A stretch of DNA of 32,000 nt, taken from assembly GCA_964373795.1 (NCBI GenBank), contig CAYJVY010000008.1, positions 1 to 32,000 on the forward strand, in the 5' to 3' direction. Made by a program: the position numbers and the translations under genes. Below are positions 8,266 to 18,585 of the stretch, in pieces (position 1 is the stretch's first letter; the number at the start of each line of letters is the position of its first letter). Source of the stretch: an uncultured archaeon. GTDB lineage: Archaea > Iainarchaeota > Iainarchaeia > Iainarchaeales > DATDZZ01. The notes beneath the pieces are model-generated. The model was not told where the DNA came from and did not search any database. It saw only the letters and a list, made by a program, of their open reading frames with translations.

Positions 8266-9568
8266 CTTCTTTTCCTTTGAATTCAGTGAAAAACTTGCCT
8301 TCATCGAATACAAGGTTTCCGTTAACAATTGTTTTTTCTACTTTACCTTTTAATTTTCTTCCATTAAATGGACTCCACTTGCATTTAGTGAATAGTTCTT
8401 CATTTTTTACAATCCATTCTTTTTCTGGATTGAAAACAAATAAATCTGCGTCAAATCCTTTTTTTATTTCTCCTTTTTTTGCAATGTTAAATATTTTTGC
8501 AGGATTTTTTGAACTCATTTCAATTACTTTTTTCAGGCTTTCAGGTTTGTTTTCAAAAAAATTGTAAAGCAAGGAAAACATTGTTTCAAGTCCTGGGACT
8601 CCTGAAGGAGCTTCAAAGTATGGCTTGTTTTTTTCTTCAATTGTGTGAGGGGCGTGATCTGTTGCAATTACATCAACCAAGTTTTTTTCAATTCCTGAAA
8701 TCAAAGCTTTTTGGTCTGCAAGGCCTCGCAAAGGTGGATTCATTTTACCAAAATTGCCAAGTTTTTCTGCGTCAAAGGAATTTAAAAACAAGTGATGAGG
8801 GCAAACCTCGCAAGAAATATTTAGTTTTTCTTTTTTTGCTTTTTCAATTTCTTTTAATGCTTCTTCAGTTGAAACATGACAGAAATGAATTCTTGTCTTA
8901 ACTTGTTTAATTAATTCAATTACTTTTTTCACTGCTTTTAATTCACATTCATCTGCTCTAATCATTGAATGGTATTTTACATTATTAAATGTCGGGCCTG
9001 AAAAAGCCTTGCTTAAGCGTTGAATTAATTCTTCGTCTTCTGCGTGAATGCATGCAAGAAAGTTTTTTTTCTTTGCAGCCTCTAAAACCTTTTTAATTTC
9101 TTCTTGTTTTTCAACCAATAAATTTCCAGTGCTAGATCCTATAAAAATTTTTATTCCGCAAACATTTTTTGCCTTTAAAATTTCTTCAATATTTTCATTG
9201 CTTGCGCCTAAATAAAAACCATAATTAACTAAAGCATTTTTTTTCACTAAATTTCTTTTTTCATTTAATGCTTGCATTGAAGTTATTGAAGGGGAATTGT
9301 TTGGCATGTCTAAAACAGTTGTTACTCCTCCAGCTAAAGCAGCTTGTGATCCTGTAAGCCAGTCTTCCTTGAATTCTTGCCCTGGAGTTCTGAAGTGTAC
9401 ATGTACATCAATTAATCCAGGCAAAATTAATTTTCCAGAGCAATCAATGCTTTTTCCTTTAGGCTTTGAAGAAGTTAAATTCTTGATTTTTCCATTTGCA
9501 ATTACAATGTTTTTTTTCACGAATTTTCCATTCAAGAAAACCATTCCATTAATTAATGCTAAATTCAT
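8258..9568 (-). CDS. pyrC: Dihydroorotase (amidohydrolase superfamily)
   Basis: DVHVHFRTPG metal motif, later HAED and TDHAPH motifs, 436 aa, in a pyr operon context. Confidence 0.85.
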   Translation of the reverse strand: MNLALINGMVFLNGKFVKKNIVIANGKIKNLTSSKPKGKSIDCSGKLILPGLIDVHVHFRTPGQEFKEDWLTGSQAALAGGVTTVLDMPNNSPSITSMQALNEKRNLVKKNALVNYGFYLGASNENIEEILKAKNVCGIKIFIGSSTGNLLVEKQEEIKKVLEAAKKKNFLACIHAEDEELIQRLSKAFSGPTFNNVKYHSMIRADECELKAVKKVIELIKQVKTRIHFCHVSTEEALKEIEKAKKEKLNISCEVCPHHLFLNSFDAEKLGNFGKMNPPLRGLADQKALISGIEKNLVDVIATDHAPHTIEEKNKPYFEAPSGVPGLETMFSLLYNFFENKPESLKKVIEMSSKNPAKIFNIAKKGEIKKGFDADLFVFNPEKEWIVKNEELFTKCKWSPFNGRKLKGKVEKTIVNGNLVFDEGKFFTEFKGKEVF

Positions 9569-10078
9569 TTATCTCCCTCTTATTTCTCTATGCCTTTTAA
9601 TTGCTTCTGGATTTAATTCAATGGTTCCACGTTTATCTATTCTTTCATGCCAACTTGTTTTACCTTGAGAAAACCATTTTCTTGGATTTTGATTTATTTT
9701 TGCAATAAGGGCTTGAATTACTTTGGTTGCCGCAAAAGCAATAGCTCTTTCCATTCCAATTTTTTTCATTTCATGAATTAATGCAAAAAACAATTTAGTT
9801 GCAATTTTTCTTCTTCTATTTTTTGGGTCAACATATACTCTATTATATAAAATGTCATTTCTGTCCCTTCTTATACCAAATGAAAGAAACCCTAAAGGTT
9901 TTCCACTACTGTCTATTGCGACAATGAAATTATAGTCTCCCCCTTTCCCAGCTTCTGTAATGCTTCTTCTAAGTTCTTGTTTTGACATTCCGTAATTTAT
10001 ATTTGCTAGAACAAAGTCTGCGCATCTCAAGTAAACTGGATCTAATTCATTTAATTCACTTAACAATTCAAATCTCAT
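9569..10078 (-). CDS. GNAT-family N-acetyltransferase (divergent)
   Basis: VYVDPKNRRRKIATKLFFALIHEMKK resembles GNAT motif A (Q/R-x-x-G-x-G/A variant). The stop directly abuts the pyrC start. Confidence 0.5.
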   Translation of the reverse strand: MRFELLSELNELDPVYLRCADFVLANINYGMSKQELRRSITEAGKGGDYNFIVAIDSSGKPLGFLSFGIRRDRNDILYNRVYVDPKNRRRKIATKLFFALIHEMKKIGMERAIAFAATKVIQALIAKINQNPRKWFSQGKTSWHERIDKRGTIELNPEAIKRHREIRGR

Positions 10079-10083
10079 TTAAT

Positions 10084-10956
10084 TCACTTCAATAAATCTT
10101 CACCTAAATCTTTAAAGGAAACATATTCTTTTAATGAAACTTTTTTTCCTGCTTTAGTGCGAGAGGTTTCACCAAATTCATTCATTTTTTTAAGTTGTTT
10201 GCCTGAAAAAACCGGGCCATCAGTGCAAACCCTGAATTCATTGCAACAACAAGCTGCACAAATTCCTATTCCGCATTTCATGAATCTTTCAAGGCTTCCA
10301 AAATATTTTGCTTTAATTTCTTCAGCTAACTGCAAGGCTTTTTTCATCATTATTTCCGGGCCACAAGAATAAATTACATTAAATTTTTCTCCTGAAGAAA
10401 TTAATTCTTTTAATTTATCTGTAGTAAAGCCTTGAAAACCATGAGAGCCATCATCAGTGCAAGGAAAAACTTTTCCACATTCAGCAAATCTTTTCTCTGA
10501 TAAAACTCCTTGCTTTGTTCGCGCGCCAAGAATTGAAGTAACTTGAATTTTTTGTTTTGCAAGTGCTTCAGCTAATTCAGTTAAAGCAGGAATTCCTAAT
10601 CCTCCTCCAACAATGCATGCCTTTTTCCATTGCTTTTTAATTGGAAAATTTGTTCCGTATGGGCCGCGAATTCCAATTAAGTCTCCTGGTTTTACTTGAA
10701 TTAGTTTTTGAGTGTAAAAACCTTTTGCTTGCAAAGTAATTCCAACTTGTTTTCCTTTTCCACTGAAATCTAAAGTAAAAGGTTTTTCATCTATTCCAGG
10801 CAACCAAATCATTGCAAACTGTCCAGGCTTTGCATTCATTTCAGTTTCTAAAAAAATTGTTTTAGTATTCAATTCATGATCTAAAACTTTTGATACTTTA
10901 ACTATTTTTGGCTTGGAAAAAACTTTTGAAACTTGGTTTAAAACCATGGATTGCAT
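10084..10956 (-). CDS. pyrK: Dihydroorotate dehydrogenase electron-transfer subunit (FAD/2Fe-2S)
   Basis: The FNR-like domain carries GGGLGIPAL. The C-terminal cluster is CGIGICAACCC...C. Confidence 0.85.
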   Translation of the reverse strand: MQSMVLNQVSKVFSKPKIVKVSKVLDHELNTKTIFLETEMNAKPGQFAMIWLPGIDEKPFTLDFSGKGKQVGITLQAKGFYTQKLIQVKPGDLIGIRGPYGTNFPIKKQWKKACIVGGGLGIPALTELAEALAKQKIQVTSILGARTKQGVLSEKRFAECGKVFPCTDDGSHGFQGFTTDKLKELISSGEKFNVIYSCGPEIMMKKALQLAEEIKAKYFGSLERFMKCGIGICAACCCNEFRVCTDGPVFSGKQLKKMNEFGETSRTKAGKKVSLKEYVSFKDLGEDLLK

Positions 10957-10960
10957 TTTT

Positions 10961-11389
10961 TCACCTTGCTCTTGTTTTGCCCCAAGTTTTTCTTTTAAGC
11001 TCGTCTAATAATTCGTTTTTTCCTTGAACAGTTATTCCAGCTTTTTCAGCTGTTTTTCTTATAGGCCAATTAATTGCTCGCAAAACTTTGTGTGAAGCAT
11101 CAAATGAAGTTGAATGTAAAACTATTCTTGATTTCACGCCAATTCTTTTACACCATAATGCAAACCTAAATCCTCCAACTGCATCGTGAAGCCTTAAACT
11201 GTTTCCTCTGATATCATAATCGGCAACAATTAACTCAAAATTATGGCCTTGTTTTTGCATTGCTAAAACTTTTTCTTTAGCTTTTTTTACTGTTAAAGCT
11301 GTTTCAACTTTAAATCCTTTTTCTTCTAATTCTTTTTTGATTAATACTGTGTTATCTACTGAGTCATCTAAAACTAATGCTGTTTTCAT
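10961..11389 (-). CDS. Stand-alone CheY-like receiver (REC) domain protein, possibly a pseudo-receiver
   Basis: ALVLDDS (acidic pair), ELIVADYD (phospho-acceptor position) and VLHSTS (T/S position) are present. The conserved K-P appears replaced by N-W-P. A 4-nt overlap with pyrD. Confidence 0.55.
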   Translation of the reverse strand: MKTALVLDDSVDNTVLIKKELEEKGFKVETALTVKKAKEKVLAMQKQGHNFELIVADYDIRGNSLRLHDAVGGFRFALWCKRIGVKSRIVLHSTSFDASHKVLRAINWPIRKTAEKAGITVQGKNELLDELKRKTWGKTRAR

Positions 11390-12318
11390 TTAATCACAAT
11401 TTTTTCATGAGCTTTTCCTTTTAATTCTTTTAAACTTGAATAACCATTTTCTTTAAGCCAGTTTTCTGCTTCTTCGCAGACTTGTTTGAAAACATTTAAT
11501 CCTTTGAAATAAATTGCTGTTCCAATTCCCATTAAGCTTGCGCCTGCAAGAGAATATTCTATTAAGTCTTCTCCAGTCATTATTCCTCCAGTGCCAATAA
11601 TTGGAATTTCCACTGCTTCAAAAACTTGGTATACACATCTAACTGCAATTGGTTTTAATGCAGGGCCACTTAATCCTCCGACCTTGTTTTTCAGAATCGG
11701 CATTTTAGTTGTTAAATCAATGCTCATTCCTTGAGCAGTATTAATTGCAGTAATCGAATTTGCTCCTGCGTCCTCAACTGCCTTTGCAATTTGTGCAATG
11801 CTTGCAACATTTGGTGAAAGCTTTATTGAAACAGGAATTCTTCCAACAGAATTTTTAATTATTTCAGTTACTTTTCCAGCTGTTTCAGGAGAAGCAGCAT
11901 AAGGTAAGCCAGCTTCTTTGTCTACATTTGGACAAGAAATATCTGCTTCAATTAAAGGAGGATTTAATTCAGCAATAAGAGAAGCAATTTCTTCAAACTC
12001 TTCCATTGATTTTGCAAAAATGCTTAGAAAAACAGGTGAAGAAGAATTTTTTAAAGCAAACTGTAAGTCTTTTTTTGCTTCATCAAATCCTGGATTGCTT
12101 AAACCAATTGCATTCAATAATCCACCTTGCACTTCAACAATTGTTGGATTTCTATGGCCTTTTCTTTCATGTAATGAAACACTTTTAGATGTTACTGCTC
12201 CTGCGCCTTTTCTTCCAGCTTCACATAAAATTTCTCCTGTTACTCCACAAATTCCTGAAGCTAAAACAGTTGGATTTTGCAATTCCATTCCTAAAAAATT
12301 TGTATTCAATGAATTCAT
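11386..12318 (-). CDS. pyrD: Dihydroorotate dehydrogenase 1B catalytic subunit
   Basis: ASGICG, NAIGLSNPG, ISCPN and GTGGI motifs of class 1 DHODH. Confidence 0.9.
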   Translation of the reverse strand: MNSLNTNFLGMELQNPTVLASGICGVTGEILCEAGRKGAGAVTSKSVSLHERKGHRNPTIVEVQGGLLNAIGLSNPGFDEAKKDLQFALKNSSSPVFLSIFAKSMEEFEEIASLIAELNPPLIEADISCPNVDKEAGLPYAASPETAGKVTEIIKNSVGRIPVSIKLSPNVASIAQIAKAVEDAGANSITAINTAQGMSIDLTTKMPILKNKVGGLSGPALKPIAVRCVYQVFEAVEIPIIGTGGIMTGEDLIEYSLAGASLMGIGTAIYFKGLNVFKQVCEEAENWLKENGYSSLKELKGKAHEKIVIK

Positions 12319-12325
12319 TTAAATC

Positions 12326-13216
12326 CTAAATTAATAGTTTTCCAAATCTAATTGAAGCATAAAGTCTTACTAATTTTATTACAAAAACATATGTTGTTGC
12401 AATAAGAAAAATAAGTAAAGTGTGTAAAAAAGTTTTGTTTTCCAAAAAAGTAATTCCTCTAGGAGAAGAAACATTTAGTTTTCCTCCTGAATGCCAAGTT
12501 CCAGTAACTGTTTGAAAATCATTTAAAGGATTCACTATAAAGCCAAACTTGATGTGCAAAAATTCTTTCACTAAAGGATTTACTGGATGTTTTTTGAATA
12601 AAAGCACGTCATTTTGATGATAGTTAATTCTCTTCCAAGCATATTTTAAAATCTTTAAAATGCCTTGAGGCTTTACTTCTTCGTGATCGTGAAAATATTT
12701 TGCGTTCACGACTTTTAATTTATATCCTGCTTCCATTATTTTTAGAGTTAAATCAGAGTCTTCCCTGTAATAAAAATAGTCTTCATCATATCCTCCTCCA
12801 ACCTTTTTTAAAGCTTTTTTGAGAAAACCAGTTGAAGTACCTCCATAAGGAGGATAAGCAGTTACAACTCCGACTTGTGGGTCTTCAAATCCTTTCACCA
12901 TTTCTTTTAACCAATTTTTTTCAGGCAAGCAATCATGATCCATATTAATAATTATTTCATGTTTTGCAATTTTAATGCCTGCATTTCTTGCCTTGCATAC
13001 TCCTTGGTTTTTAGAAAAATTAATTATTGAAATTTTTTTGTTTGAAGAAAAATTTTCTTGCAACATTTTTTTAGTTAAATCAGTTGAACCATCGTTTACT
13101 ATAATTATTTCAAAACCAGCAGGATAATCTTGCTTCAGCATTTCCTTTACTACTTTTTTCAAAGTATTAACATTATTTAAAGTAGGAATTACAATGCTTG
13201 CATTAGGATAATTCAT
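12326..13216 (-). CDS. Glycosyltransferase family 2 with a C-terminal TM helix
   Basis: SIVIPTLNN, VNDGSTD, DHD and YREDSDL motifs. I place the start at MNYPNAS (ATG 13216), which forms an ATGA overlap with the pyrI stop. The track start 13270 would overlap pyrI by 58 nt. Confidence 0.8.
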   Translation of the reverse strand: MNYPNASIVIPTLNNVNTLKKVVKEMLKQDYPAGFEIIIVNDGSTDLTKKMLQENFSSNKKISIINFSKNQGVCKARNAGIKIAKHEIIINMDHDCLPEKNWLKEMVKGFEDPQVGVVTAYPPYGGTSTGFLKKALKKVGGGYDEDYFYYREDSDLTLKIMEAGYKLKVVNAKYFHDHEEVKPQGILKILKYAWKRINYHQNDVLLFKKHPVNPLVKEFLHIKFGFIVNPLNDFQTVTGTWHSGGKLNVSSPRGITFLENKTFLHTLLIFLIATTYVFVIKLVRLYASIRFGKLLI

Positions 13217-13664
13217 TTCAATCCTGTAACAATTTGTTGTTCGCTCATTGTTTTCTCGCAATAAAAGCAATGAGCTTGTAAAGGCAAAGCGTTAATGAAA
13301 AACTTGGTTGGAATTTTGTCGTGATTTGAAATACAATTAGGGTTAATGCATTTAATTAAATCGAAAACCTTTTTCGGCAAATTAATTGATTCTTTTTTAA
13401 TTACTTTTTTGTTTCGAATAATGTTTACAGTTGAACCTTTTCCAATTAAACCAATTTTATTAATTTCTTCTTCACTTAACTCATGATTGCCTATAAAAAT
13501 TAAGTCTTTTTTTCTCATTAAAGTGCTTGGTACATTCATTGCAACCCCAATACTTGCATCAGAGTTTATGCCTAAAATTTTAATTATTTGAAGAGCTTTT
13601 CCTGCAGGAATATGATCAATTGCGGTTCCATTATCTATTTCGTTTAAAATAATTTTGCTTTCCA

Positions 13665-13665
<1 letters not shown>
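13213..13665 (-). CDS. pyrI: Aspartate carbamoyltransferase regulatory chain
   Basis: IDNGTAIDHIPAG N-domain and the C-terminal Zn site CINPNCIS...CFYCE. A TAATG overlap with pyrB. Confidence 0.9.
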
Positions 13666-14702
<1,037 letters not shown>

Positions 14703-14713
14703 TTATTAAGGGT

Positions 14714-15511
14714 TTAAATCAATTCTTTTGCTTTAACTGTTTGAATTTGTTTTTCAAGTGCATCACTTATGTCTTTTTTTACTTGTTCAAACTCTGCGTA
14801 GTTACCCATTATAAGGGGCATTAAGTCTTTTTTCCAGTCTTTTCTTTTTTCTTCAATTTTTTTCAAAAATATGTTTTTTTCAAAAACTGTTTTATGTTTT
14901 CTGAACTTTTTTCCAAGTAAGCTGAAATCTATTTGAATGTTTTTGAATTTCAACAAAAACCATAAATCATAAACATCCCTTGCTTTTTTCCTGCTGTAAA
15001 TTGCCAAGATTTTTTCCAAGATGATTTCGTGTAAATCTATTGCAAAAACATGAAATGCTGGAATATCTGGGTAATTTGAGTATAGGAGCATTCTTTTTGG
15101 TTCGAGTAAAACTTTTTCCCGCAAACTTATATCTAGTCTAATAAAACACAAACTTTTTGGATTGCCATCAAAAAAAGGGCCTAAAAATTCTAGTCCAATA
15201 CTTAATTGGTTTTGGTATTTGTCAATGGATTTGATTTTGGCTTTGATGCCTGTTTGTCTGAACAAAAAAACCAGTTTTTCCAAACGCTTTTCAAAATTAA
15301 TGTTTTTTGAAAAAGAGAAATCCAAATCCTCACTAAAGCGGTTCAAACTATGCAGTTTATACAAACAAGTTCCGCCTTTAAAAACCAATTCTTTGCCGAC
15401 AACAGAGTAAATAAAGTAAAGAAGCAAATTTTGCAAGTAATCCTTTTCAATTTGTGTTTCGTTTAATCTTTTCAGTCCAGCTAAAGCTCTTAATTCTTCT
15501 TTACCAATCAA
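14714..15511 (-). CDS. abiEii: AbiEii/AbiGii-family nucleotidyltransferase toxin (DUF1814), type IV toxin-antitoxin / abortive infection
   Basis: FKGGTCLYKL and RFSEDLDFS nucleotidyltransferase motifs. Directly abuts the upstream AbiEi-like gene. Confidence 0.75.
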   Translation of the reverse strand: MIGKEELRALAGLKRLNETQIEKDYLQNLLLYFIYSVVGKELVFKGGTCLYKLHSLNRFSEDLDFSFSKNINFEKRLEKLVFLFRQTGIKAKIKSIDKYQNQLSIGLEFLGPFFDGNPKSLCFIRLDISLREKVLLEPKRMLLYSNYPDIPAFHVFAIDLHEIILEKILAIYSRKKARDVYDLWFLLKFKNIQIDFSLLGKKFRKHKTVFEKNIFLKKIEEKRKDWKKDLMPLIMGNYAEFEQVKKDISDALEKQIQTVKAKELI

Positions 15512-16108
15512 TTAATTCACCTTTTCCAAGAACTTTTTTGCTTTTTTCCGCCATGGTTTTCTAATTATTTTCATTAAGTATTTTGAAATAAGCTTTATCT
15601 CAAGTTCATCTCTATTTTTGGAAATTATTTCCAGTAACTCTGATTCTGAAACAAGGTTGAAAGCAAAAGAGTCAGCTATGGCTTTTTCTTTGCTTGCCAC
15701 AAAAATTTCCATTCCTTTGTAATGTACTTTGTTAAACCCAAATAGGTTTTCTGTTTTGCTTTTAATAAAACGAATTTTTGCGTTTGCGAATTCTATTTCT
15801 TTTTTCTTTTTGGATCTTGTTGTAAAAACATCAATTGTTGAGGGCAGTTGTTCAGTTAAATTGTGATATTGTAGAGCTGACCATCCTGAAATATAGCTAG
15901 GCCAAAGAATCCTGGAAGCAACAAGCAAAGCATCCTTATAAACAGTGTATTTGTCTCTCTCAATTCGGAAAATCAATTTGGCATTGCTTAGCCTGTACAA
16001 TAACAAGTTAACATAGTTTTTCTTTTTTTCCAAAATATCCAAAACTATTTTGGAGGTAAAAACTGCATACTTCTGCAGTTCATTCAATACGTATATTCGA
16101 TTAACCAT
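15512..16108 (-). CDS. abiEi: AbiEi-family antitoxin / transcriptional regulator (N-terminal wHTH)
   Basis: Size of about 200 aa and an N-terminal wHTH-like segment. The conserved pairing places it immediately upstream of the DUF1814 gene. Confidence 0.65.
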   Translation of the reverse strand: MVNRIYVLNELQKYAVFTSKIVLDILEKKKNYVNLLLYRLSNAKLIFRIERDKYTVYKDALLVASRILWPSYISGWSALQYHNLTEQLPSTIDVFTTRSKKKKEIEFANAKIRFIKSKTENLFGFNKVHYKGMEIFVASKEKAIADSFAFNLVSESELLEIISKNRDELEIKLISKYLMKIIRKPWRKKAKKFLEKVN

Positions 16109-16120
16109 AATTATTATTTA

Positions 16121-16186
16121 TGATAAGTAAGGTTTAATAAACTATTCATTCAACTTTAATTATCAATTTTGATAAGGAAGGTTAAT
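16121..16186 (-). promoter_or_regulatory. Candidate AbiEi operator: two copies of TGATAAG(T/G)AAGGTT(T)AAT plus the inverted repeat TTATCA-n4-TGATAA
   Basis: Copy 1 is at 16121-16138 and copy 2 at 16170-16186. Inverted half-sites lie at 16160-16165 and 16170-16175. All are within 80 nt upstream of the abiEi ATG (16108). Confidence 0.45.
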
Positions 16187-16362
16187 TTAATGTTTTTAGT
16201 AGTGGAAAGCTAATGGCAAAATTTTAGCCTATTTTTAATTTAAGCAAAGGCCCACCTAATAATATACAATGCAATAAGAGAGGGCAAAAAGCAATTAAAC
16301 TTGCAATAAAAGAATTGATTAATGAAAATTTTTTTGCTTTCGAAGCTATCTACTTAACTGTT

Positions 16363-17316
16363 TTATTTCAATAAGTAATTCAAATCCAGTTCACGTAAAG
16401 AGTAATTTTTTAGGTTCATTTCTTTAACCATTAATTGAGTGAATTTTTTTGGAGAATGAATTCCTTTTTCTGTTACAATGCTTTTCAAGTAGTGTGAAGG
16501 AGTTAAATCAAATGCTGGGTTTGAAATTGAAAGCTTTGAAGGTTTTTCAAGCCAAACCTCTTTCCAAGAACGTTCTTCGATTACTGTTTTTTTGCCGTAA
16601 AATGTTTGAGCATCGAATTTTTCTGAAGAGGTTGCAACAAAATGAGGTATGTTAAATTGTTTTGCTAGAAAAGAAATTTGTTGAGTGCCAATTTTGTTAA
16701 TTAATTCTCCTTTAACAGTTATTGCATCTGCTCCTGAAAAAAAATAATTTATTTTTGGAAGTATTTGGAAAACATTTGAGTCAACAATTTGAGTTACAGG
16801 AATTCCGTGGCTTGAAAGTTCTTTGGCTGTAATTCTTCCTTGAAATAGAGGCCTGGTTTCAGTGCAGTAAACTCTTTCAATTTTTCCTGAATCAAATGCT
16901 TTGCAGAAAATGTTTGAAACATTTTTCGAATGACAATGAGTTAAAAGAATTGAATTTTTTTTAATTATTTTTGCTCCGTTTAAAGCAATTTGTTTTGCTG
17001 CATTTTTTCTTTTCTCTAAGTATTCTGTGCAAAATTTTTGTAAATCTTTTTTTAATTCGTTTAAGGATTGAAATTCTTTTTTTGTCTGCCAATAAATTTG
17101 TCTTAAAGCTGATTGCATTCCAGGCTCGGTTGGGCGGGAAAAAAATAATGCTTTTAAGTGTTGTTTTAATTCTTGTTTAAATCCTGTAAAAGTTGTTTGA
17201 TTTGAGTTTTGAATGGATTGTTGAATTGCTTGAACTGCTTGGTTGCGGATATTGGAAGCGCCTTGAATTTTTAATTCTTTAATTTTTTGAACTGTTTCTT
17301 GAATTATTTTATTCAT
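16363..17316 (-). CDS. eIF-2B alpha/beta/delta-family protein, probable ribose-1,5-bisphosphate isomerase
   Basis: LTHCHS (Cys) and GADAITVKGELINKIGT (Asp) motifs, about 320 aa. An AMP phosphorylase lies in the same window. The track start 17325 is TTG; the ATG is at 17316. Confidence 0.75.
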   Translation of the reverse strand: MNKIIQETVQKIKELKIQGASNIRNQAVQAIQQSIQNSNQTTFTGFKQELKQHLKALFFSRPTEPGMQSALRQIYWQTKKEFQSLNELKKDLQKFCTEYLEKRKNAAKQIALNGAKIIKKNSILLTHCHSKNVSNIFCKAFDSGKIERVYCTETRPLFQGRITAKELSSHGIPVTQIVDSNVFQILPKINYFFSGADAITVKGELINKIGTQQISFLAKQFNIPHFVATSSEKFDAQTFYGKKTVIEERSWKEVWLEKPSKLSISNPAFDLTPSHYLKSIVTEKGIHSPKKFTQLMVKEMNLKNYSLRELDLNYLLK

Positions 17317-17425
17317 GGAAATCAATTCAATTTCAACAAATCGTTTAAAAATGTTTTCAATTCAATTATTATTAGATTAAAGTAATATATTATTGTTTTT
17401 ATTAACTTTTTTAGGTGATAGGGGT

Positions 17426-18544
17426 ATGCAAATTAAGTCAATTGTTTCAAGGGCAATGAAAGAAGCTAAAACTCCTTCATTAAAGCCAAGAAAAGAATCA
17501 AAAGATGATTCTGATTTAGTTGCTTTGCTTGAAGCAAGCCAAGCAACTATTAAAGTAATTGGAGTTGGAGGAGGTGGCTGTAATACTCTTCAAAGAATGG
17601 CTGAAGTAGGAATTGCTGGAGCAGAAACTTATGCAGTTAATACTGATGCACAAGACTTATTGAAAATTGAAGCTGATAGAAAAATTTTAATTGGAAGAGA
17701 ATTAACTAGAGGCCTTGGATCTGGATCTGATCCTTCAATTGGAGAAGCAGCTGCACATGAATCTGAAAAAGATTTAGCTACTGTTTTAAAGGGAACTGAT
17801 TTAGTGTTCATTACTTGTGGAATGGGTGGAGGAACTGGAACTGGAGCTGCTCCAATGGTAGCGCAAATTGCTAAGGATTTAAAGTGTTTAACTATTGCAG
17901 TTGTAACAATTCCTTTCACTGTTGAAGGAAAGAAAAGAATGGATAATGCTTTAAATGGTTTAGCAAAACTTCAAAAAACTGCTGACACAATTATTGTGAT
18001 TCCAAATGATAAAATTCTTGAAATAGCTCCTGACTTGCCTTTAAATGCTGCATTCAAAGTAGCAGATGAAGTGTTAACTAATGCAGTTAAAGGAATAACT
18101 GAATTAATTACAAAGCCAGGATTAATTAATTTAGATTTCGCGGATTTGAAAACAATTCTAGGAAAAGGTGGAGCTGCAATGATTGGTTTAGGGGAGAGTC
18201 AAACAGAAAAAGCTTCTGATGCAAGAGCTTTAGAAGCAGTTGAAAATGCTTTAACTTCTCCTTTACTGGATGTAGATATTAGTAATGCTAATAGAGCTTT
18301 AATTAATGTAATTGGTGGAACTGATATGACTTTAAGGGAAGCAGAATTAATTGTTGAAGCAGTTTCATCTAAAATTAATTCTTCTGCTCACATTATTTGG
18401 GGTGCAATGATTAACGATGAATTGCCTAGAAATCAAATTCAAGCAATGGTTGTAATTGCTGGCGGAACAATGCCTTACGGAGACTATGAAAGTCATAAAA
18501 CAAGTGAAGGAGCATTTGATTTAGGAATTGAATTCACTGGTTAA
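17426..18544 (+). CDS. ftsZ: Cell division protein FtsZ
   Basis: IGVGGGGCN and the tubulin signature GMGGGTGTGAAP. ATG at 17426 is preceded by GGTGA; the track start 17393 is TTG. Confidence 0.95.
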   Translation: MQIKSIVSRAMKEAKTPSLKPRKESKDDSDLVALLEASQATIKVIGVGGGGCNTLQRMAEVGIAGAETYAVNTDAQDLLKIEADRKILIGRELTRGLGSGSDPSIGEAAAHESEKDLATVLKGTDLVFITCGMGGGTGTGAAPMVAQIAKDLKCLTIAVVTIPFTVEGKKRMDNALNGLAKLQKTADTIIVIPNDKILEIAPDLPLNAAFKVADEVLTNAVKGITELITKPGLINLDFADLKTILGKGGAAMIGLGESQTEKASDARALEAVENALTSPLLDVDISNANRALINVIGGTDMTLREAELIVEAVSSKINSSAHIIWGAMINDELPRNQIQAMVVIAGGTMPYGDYESHKTSEGAFDLGIEFTG

Positions 18545-18585
18545 TTTTCTTTTCCTTTTTTTTTAATTTTTTTTAGTGATTTAAA

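Noticed and set aside
13217-13270. N-terminal extensions proposed by the ORF track: GT2 from 13270, and similarly ksgA 1476, ftsZ 17393, spt5 18859, rpl11 19308, glmS 28566, HAD 26810, glmM 26127 and rpl1 30908
   Set aside because: These use TTG/GTG codons that extend into upstream genes or spacers. Downstream ATGs (TTG for rpl1) sit behind GGAGG/GGTGA sites, reproduce canonical N-termini such as Met-Cys for GlmS and MIFTVRTT for Spt5, or give ATGA-type coupling.
16187-16362. Search for a hidden small gene or RNA in the long spacer upstream of abiEi
   Set aside because: Only ORFs of at most 11 codons occur on either strand. There is no GC-rich island or extended stem of the kind that marks the 5S gene, so I treat it as a regulatory spacer.
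17322-17367. An 11-nt direct repeat TCAATTCAATT (17322-17332 and 17357-17367) in the spacer between the R15P isomerase gene and ftsZ
   Set aside because: Low-complexity AT-rich sequence for which chance recurrence is plausible. It may be part of the divergent promoters but cannot be supported further.
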